The translations under genes and the position numbers were made by a program. The notes below the pieces were generated by a model. That model was given only the letters and a program-made list of their open reading frames with translations. It was not told the DNA's origin and did no database searches. Positions 17,604-24,000 of a DNA stretch of 24,000 nt are shown in pieces (position 1 is the stretch's first letter; each line of letters begins with the position of its first letter). This DNA comes from Gilliamella sp. N-G2 (GTDB lineage: Bacteria; Pseudomonadota; Gammaproteobacteria; Enterobacterales; Orbaceae): positions 25,893 to 49,892 of the forward strand of contig NZ_NAST01000014.1 in the NCBI RefSeq assembly GCF_002142215.1. The letters run 5' to 3'.

Positions 17604-17725
17604 TTACTAATTTTCCTTTTGCAGTACCTATTTTGTGGTCATAATATTTTCATTAATACCATTCTTTAGTAGTAAAAAATAAAACAAATTTAGACCTTTC
17701 GTACATATAATATTTAACTGATTTA

Positions 17726-19744
17726 TCAATAGTTTATTTGTGCAGAAATACCTACTTGTCGTGGTTGCTGATAAGTGCTATATCGAGAAGATGAGGACAT
17801 AAGGCTTATTTTTTCATGCGCATTGAAAACATTATCAGCATAAAGCATGATTCGACCTTGTTTAAAGTTATAAGCTAAATAAGCATTTGCTTGGTAATAA
17901 CTATCAATTTTCGATGTCCTATTATTTGATGCATCAGTATAGTAACTATCCACAAACGATGCATTTAATCCGGTTTCCAGCCCATATGGTAGGTTATAGT
18001 AACCGCCTAGATTAAATGTATAACCAGGAGCACGCGTTAGCTTATTGCCGTTATAATTTTTACTGTCGCTGTATTTTTCTATTTTGGTTTTAAGTAAGCC
18101 CAAACCAGAGGTTAAATTTAAATTTTGTGTTGCTTGCCATTCAATATTAAATTCAGCGCCATAAGTTATAGCTTTATCGGCATTAGCAATAGTTGTTCCT
18201 AGTGGATGAGAATACTCAATTTGCATATCTTTATAGTCATTATAGAAAATATTGGTATTAACTTTTAGGCGTTTATCTTCTGAAAGCCAACGATGATAAA
18301 TCTCGTAGTTCCAAAGATATTCAGGTGAATAACTGTAGATTTTAATAGGAGATGTAAAGGTAATACCTGCACCACCAGGATTGTAACCGCGAGCAATTTT
18401 GGCACCAATTCTCTGATCATCACTGATTAAATAAGCAATATCAAATTTTGGTAAGAAAACATCTGTTTTACTCTGATAATTTAAAACATAGTTACTACCG
18501 CCGTTGCGAGTATGTTTTTCTTGTTCATAACGAGCAGACAGATTTACTTCGATAATATCTATTGGTTTAAAGGTAAATTCCCCTAAAACCGCTTTAGTGT
18601 TTGTAACGTCATGATAAAGGTTGCGAACCCCTAATAAAATACTGTCATCTTGTGGTGCCTTTAAATAAAATAGACCCAATAAACCTTTATATGAACCATC
18701 GTTGTATCTTAAAATTGGCTGAACTTGCCACTGATGACCTTCCACTCTTGATGGTGCGCCAGAAGGTAGCGAAAAACGGTCACGAATATAATTAGAATAA
18801 ACAGTTTTATTTTCAAATTCCCATGTATCATTAAATTGATAACCTGCATCCCATATTGTGCTCGAAGTACGAGTTTTATGAACCGGACGATATGTATCAC
18901 GAATAATTGTTGGTTTAAATTCACCTTGAGGATTTCGTGAATCTACATGTTTAAAGGTCAAACGACTATAAAAATCGGGTACAGCCGAAGGTAACCAAAG
19001 TAATTTAGCATTAGTTGTGGTGGCTTTAAACTTCCTTGAATCTCCTGCTGGATGATAATTTGCTATATGTTCGTACGACTTGCGACCTTTCTGATCAACC
19101 GTAAAGCGAAAAAGTAATTGCTCATCAATTAATGGACCAGATAGCATTGCGGCTAATTGGCGTTTATTTTGATTACCATAGTCCGCTTTAGCGGCTGCCT
19201 CAAATTTATTGATGGGATCGTTACTCTGCATAACTATAGCGCCAGCTATAGAATTACGGCCTTGAGAATAACTCTGTGGCCCACGGTAAACTTCGACTTG
19301 TTTAATATCCCAAAGTGATTTTGTGCCAAATGCTAATTCATAATAATTCGATGAATCACCATCAACCTGAATATTAACTCTAGGACGAACGCCGGCTAAA
19401 AAGGACACTGCACCATGAGCTGAAGTACCCTCTACGCCGCGAATTGTGGGTACATCATTACCTAATCCTGTATCTAACACATTTGATGTTTGTTTCAGTA
19501 CATTTAGTAGAGAATAAAAATCGGGACGTCTTTCGATATCCTTATTGGTTATAACACTTAAACTTGAACTAGTTTGTAATTCACTACGTTGTACCCCTTC
19601 ACCAGTAACAGTAATTGTCTCCAATTTATCTTTTTCATTATCTTCCTTGATATCTTTAATTTTATTTTCAGCTAGAACAATAGAGCTATAACAGCTTATA
19701 AGGCACAAGCTAAATAAACTAAATTTTGCAGTTATTTTTTTCAT
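17726..19744 (-). CDS. TonB-dependent outer-membrane siderophore receptor
   Basis: From ATG 19744 the protein has a signal peptide (MKKITAKFSLFSLCLISCYSSIVLA). It then has a TonB-box-like ETITVTG and plug motifs (IRGVEG.., VEVYRGPQS). A long beta-barrel follows, with a terminal aromatic residue (..GISAQINY). The TTG-started 22-codon extension in the track would run through the Fur box, so I reject it. Confidence 0.9.
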   Translation of the reverse strand: MKKITAKFSLFSLCLISCYSSIVLAENKIKDIKEDNEKDKLETITVTGEGVQRSELQTSSSLSVITNKDIERRPDFYSLLNVLKQTSNVLDTGLGNDVPTIRGVEGTSAHGAVSFLAGVRPRVNIQVDGDSSNYYELAFGTKSLWDIKQVEVYRGPQSYSQGRNSIAGAIVMQSNDPINKFEAAAKADYGNQNKRQLAAMLSGPLIDEQLLFRFTVDQKGRKSYEHIANYHPAGDSRKFKATTTNAKLLWLPSAVPDFYSRLTFKHVDSRNPQGEFKPTIIRDTYRPVHKTRTSSTIWDAGYQFNDTWEFENKTVYSNYIRDRFSLPSGAPSRVEGHQWQVQPILRYNDGSYKGLLGLFYLKAPQDDSILLGVRNLYHDVTNTKAVLGEFTFKPIDIIEVNLSARYEQEKHTRNGGSNYVLNYQSKTDVFLPKFDIAYLISDDQRIGAKIARGYNPGGAGITFTSPIKIYSYSPEYLWNYEIYHRWLSEDKRLKVNTNIFYNDYKDMQIEYSHPLGTTIANADKAITYGAEFNIEWQATQNLNLTSGLGLLKTKIEKYSDSKNYNGNKLTRAPGYTFNLGGYYNLPYGLETGLNASFVDSYYTDASNNRTSKIDSYYQANAYLAYNFKQGRIMLYADNVFNAHEKISLMSSSSRYSTYQQPRQVGISAQINY

Positions 19745-19761
19745 CCGAACACGCCATAATT

Positions 19762-19780
19762 GATAATGATTTTCATTTGC
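19762..19780. promoter_or_regulatory. Fur box upstream of the TonB-dependent receptor
   Basis: GATAATGATTTTCATTTGC matches the consensus GATAATGATAATCATTATC at 15 of 19 positions. It lies 18-36 nt upstream of the receptor ATG. Confidence 0.6.
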
Positions 19781-19900
19781 AATAATATAGATTGGAAAAT
19801 AAGCTGTCAAATTACTGTTTAAAAAAAATCAATATTATTAAATTAACTTGATTTTATTCAGAAGGAATAACTAAAATTTATAATCAAGTTAAATGATATA

Positions 19901-19932
19901 TAAAATAAAAAACCCTAGTTAAACTAGGGTTT
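19901..19932 (-). terminator. Rho-independent terminator of asdA
   Basis: On the minus strand, AAACCCTAGT-tta-ACTAGGGTTT forms a perfect 10-bp stem. It is followed directly by TTTATTTT, 36 nt after the asdA stop. Confidence 0.7.
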
Positions 19933-19967
19933 GATATGTAGACAAATGAATTAATCTAAATGATTAA

Positions 19968-21581
<1,614 letters not shown>

Positions 21582-21598
21582 TTAATTTGAGATGTCAA

Positions 21599-23299
21599 TT
21601 AAACAAAAGCAACAACTAATGGTCCCAATAATGTTAGGAAAACATTAGCTAAAGCATAGGTAATAGCAAAAGAATTGGTAGGCGTTGAGTTACCAGCTTT
21701 ATTAAGTACTTCACCAAAAGCAGGATTCGCACTGCGAGAGCCAGCTAAAGCTCCAGCAAATACCGCTGAATTTTTATAACCTAGTACATACTTGCCAAAA
21801 TAAATGCCAAGTAACATCGGCAATAAAGTCACTACAACACCAATTAAGAATAATGAAAGACCTTGATCTTTAATCGTATTAATGGCTTGTAAACCTGAGC
21901 TAAGACCAACCACTGCTACAAAGCCAGCTAAGCCAAAATCTTTAAGTAGTTGCACAGCTCCGGTTGGAATATTTCCAACAGTTTGATGCAAGGAGCGATA
22001 CCAACCAAACAATAATCCTGATAATAATGCACCACCACCTGCACCTAAAGTGATTGGAATATCACTGACTCGGATCACAATAAGACCAATTATAAGTCCA
22101 ACAACAAGACCTAACCCATGGAATATCCAATCAGTTTTTTCACTTTTGGTAATCGGCGCACCAATTCTATCTACTACACGCCTTAAATCACCATCAGTAC
22201 CATAAATAGTAATGACATCACCTAATTTAAATACCATATCATTGTTTAATGGCAATGGTTGTCCATCACGATGAACAGCAATTAAATAAATACCATGCTT
22301 TAACTTCATCACTTCGTCAGATGAAAGCACTTGCGTTAAATTTTGACCGACATATCGAGTATTACGCATTTCAACATCTTGGGTATTCATCACCACATCC
22401 ATACCCTGTGCTGAATTCACTTCTTCACCCAATAAATCAGCTGCAGCAATCATGGCATCCCGATGACCAACAACCAAAATAATATCTTTGGCTTTTAATA
22501 AAGTTTCAGGTGCAGCTTCAATAATACGATTGCCACGTTTGATTCGCTCAATACTAATACCATTAATCACCTTTTCTAAACTTTCAACGGTTTGATTAAC
22601 CTTATTAGTAATACGATATAAGCGACCAGTTACATCAGATAAAGCAAAGTTTTGACCACTACCTAATAAAAGTGAGCCATGTAATTGTTCTGCTTCGGCC
22701 TTAATTGCATCGTCGTTAATTTCTCGCCCCATAATTTTCGGCAAAATGTTAACACAAACAATAATAGCGCCAAGTGAACCGAAGATATAAGTCACTGCAT
22801 AACCAATGGTTACATTACTTTGTAATCGGCTTAACTCTTCTGGGCTTAAGCCTAGCTGAGTTAGCGCATCAGATGCCGTACCCATAATGGCAGATTGTGT
22901 TAATCCTCCTGCAGCTAAACCAGCAGCAAGGCCTTTATCTAAATTGAATAATTTGGCTAAAACTACTACCGTTACAAAACCAGCAACAGCAATAAATAAC
23001 GCTAAAAAGATTTCACGCAGAGTTTTAACTCCTAATGAACGGAAGAATTGTGGTCCACTTTCGAACCCGACAGCATAAATAAATAGGGCGAAAAGCACAG
23101 CTTTAACGCCAGCATCGACAGTAACACCAAATACACTTAATGCCACTGCCACCAATAATGAACCAGCAACCCCACCTAATTGAAATTTACCGATTCGAAT
23201 TCCACCAATCAAATACCCTAAACTTAAAGAAAGAAATAAAAGTATTTCGGGTGAATGCTTAAGTCCATCTAAAATCCAATTTGAAAGCCATTGAAACAT
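21599..23299 (-). CDS. aspT: Aspartate:alanine exchanger (AAE family, YidE/YbjL-like) AspT
   Basis: Two hydrophobic multi-TM halves flank two central TrkA-C/RCK_C-like domains (..IERIKRGNRIIEAAPETLLKAKDIILVVG.. and ..IAVHRDGQPLPLNNDMVFKLGDVITIYG..). The gene ends 29 nt upstream of asdA on the same strand. I prefer ATG 23299 (GAGGA 8 nt upstream) to the TTG at 23314. Confidence 0.85.
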   Translation of the reverse strand: MFQWLSNWILDGLKHSPEILLFLSLSLGYLIGGIRIGKFQLGGVAGSLLVAVALSVFGVTVDAGVKAVLFALFIYAVGFESGPQFFRSLGVKTLREIFLALFIAVAGFVTVVVLAKLFNLDKGLAAGLAAGGLTQSAIMGTASDALTQLGLSPEELSRLQSNVTIGYAVTYIFGSLGAIIVCVNILPKIMGREINDDAIKAEAEQLHGSLLLGSGQNFALSDVTGRLYRITNKVNQTVESLEKVINGISIERIKRGNRIIEAAPETLLKAKDIILVVGHRDAMIAAADLLGEEVNSAQGMDVVMNTQDVEMRNTRYVGQNLTQVLSSDEVMKLKHGIYLIAVHRDGQPLPLNNDMVFKLGDVITIYGTDGDLRRVVDRIGAPITKSEKTDWIFHGLGLVVGLIIGLIVIRVSDIPITLGAGGGALLSGLLFGWYRSLHQTVGNIPTGAVQLLKDFGLAGFVAVVGLSSGLQAINTIKDQGLSLFLIGVVVTLLPMLLGIYFGKYVLGYKNSAVFAGALAGSRSANPAFGEVLNKAGNSTPTNSFAITYALANVFLTLLGPLVVAFV

Positions 23300-23370
23300 A
23301 ATAATTGTCCTCAAGTGCTAAGATTTATGAAATAGAAAAAGATAGAAAAGAAAAGATTGGAACTTGAATA

Positions 23371-23394
23371 ATATTCATACTAATTTATGAATAT
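23371..23394. promoter_or_regulatory. Palindrome upstream of aspT (candidate operator)
   Basis: ATATTCATA-ctaatt-TATGAATAT has perfect 9-bp arms with a 6-nt spacer, 72-95 nt upstream of the aspT ATG. AT-rich palindromes of this size can arise by chance. Confidence 0.2.
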
Positions 23395-23593
23395 GGATAT
23401 ATTCTAAACTTCAATACCAAGAATAGATAGTTAATTTTAACGATTAATATTATTGCTAGTAAATAATAAAATGTTTTTATAGAAAGTAAAGGGAGATAAT
23501 ATTGGCGCATTTGATTATTATGAATAAGCCCAAACCAATTTTGGGCCTACCGATATTTCATTAGAAAATAAAAATATTTTTTAGATAAAATTC

Positions 23594-23992
23594 TTATTTA
23601 GCTCTGAAAAGGCCTTCTCTAATTTTAACATCAAGATTATTTACCCAACGATTGTAATTACGGTGAACTTTTCCATTGCTACCTTGTAAATTTGGACTAA
23701 CAGACACGTAATTGATTGAATAACTTGTCGCTGAATAAGGGATATCAACTACAACTTCAAATTTACGGTTGAATAAATGACCCCTAATAGTATTGCTATT
23801 TAAGACTTCCATTTTCCAAGTACCGAATGCTGCTTTACCTTTTGTTCCACTATCTAAAATAGCTTGTTTAACCTGCGCTTTAGTTAAACCATTAACTGGG
23901 GTGGTAATATTGTTTGGTGCTTGATATTTACCTGCACAACCAAACAATAGTGAAACTAAGAAAAATGCAGCAATATATTTAAAAAATTTCAT
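23594..23992 (-). CDS. Small lipoprotein of unknown function
   Basis: 132 aa. The signal peptide ends in the lipobox LLFG-C (MKFFKYIAAFFLVSLLFGCAG). The mature part is hydrophilic with no recognisable family. Confidence 0.7.
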   Translation of the reverse strand: MKFFKYIAAFFLVSLLFGCAGKYQAPNNITTPVNGLTKAQVKQAILDSGTKGKAAFGTWKMEVLNSNTIRGHLFNRKFEVVVDIPYSATSYSINYVSVSPNLQGSNGKVHRNYNRWVNNLDVKIREGLFRAK

Positions 23993-24000
23993 TGTTTACT

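Noticed and set aside
17639-17657. Second Fur-like site between the receptor and the MFS gene (TCATAATATTTTCATTAAT)
   Set aside because: By my count it matches only about 10 of 19 positions of the Fur consensus, which is indistinguishable from background in AT-rich intergenic DNA.
19745-19810. 5' extensions proposed by the ORF track for the receptor (TTG 19810), malY (6976) and aspT (TTG 23314)
   Set aside because: In each case an internal ATG has a proper RBS. For the receptor that ATG also gives a canonical signal peptide, and the extension would read through the Fur box. The extensions have no homology.
19843-19892. 11-bp inverted repeat TTAACTTGATT ... AATCAAGTTAA, spaced 28 nt, between the asdA terminator and the receptor promoter
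   Set aside because: By rough estimate, one or more such AT-rich 11-mers are expected by chance in a window of this size and composition. There is no supporting context.

Overview
AT-rich gammaproteobacterial chromosome segment; species cannot be assigned from sequence alone. Confidently recognised genes are emrA-emrB (multidrug efflux), an AraC-family regulator, and the malI / malX-malY maltose-PTS locus with an E. coli-like CRP site and MalI operator. Also clear are a Fur-box-preceded TonB-dependent receptor with an AmpG/FptX/RhtX-like MFS permease, the aspT-asdA aspartate:alanine antiporter / aspartate 4-decarboxylase operon, and a small lipoprotein. The window is rich in gene remnants: a frameshifted flavoprotein gene, an SDR tail, an EntD-type PPTase with an in-frame stop, a 5'-truncated and multiply disabled T6SS clpV/tssH, and an ABC ATPase cut off after its Walker A. 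The best candidate for an undescribed system is a translationally coupled two-gene operon on the minus strand (11303-15962). It encodes a 451-aa protein ending in a complete SWIM zinc finger (CxCx12CxH) and a 1104-aa cytoplasmic protein with no catalytic family I can recognise. This operon sits exactly between the clpV remnant and the truncated ABC ATPase gene, which looks like an insertion or replacement scar. I found no tRNA, rRNA, CRISPR array, IS element, transposase or integrase. All calls come from reading the ORF translations and the DNA by eye; no searches or computations were run.
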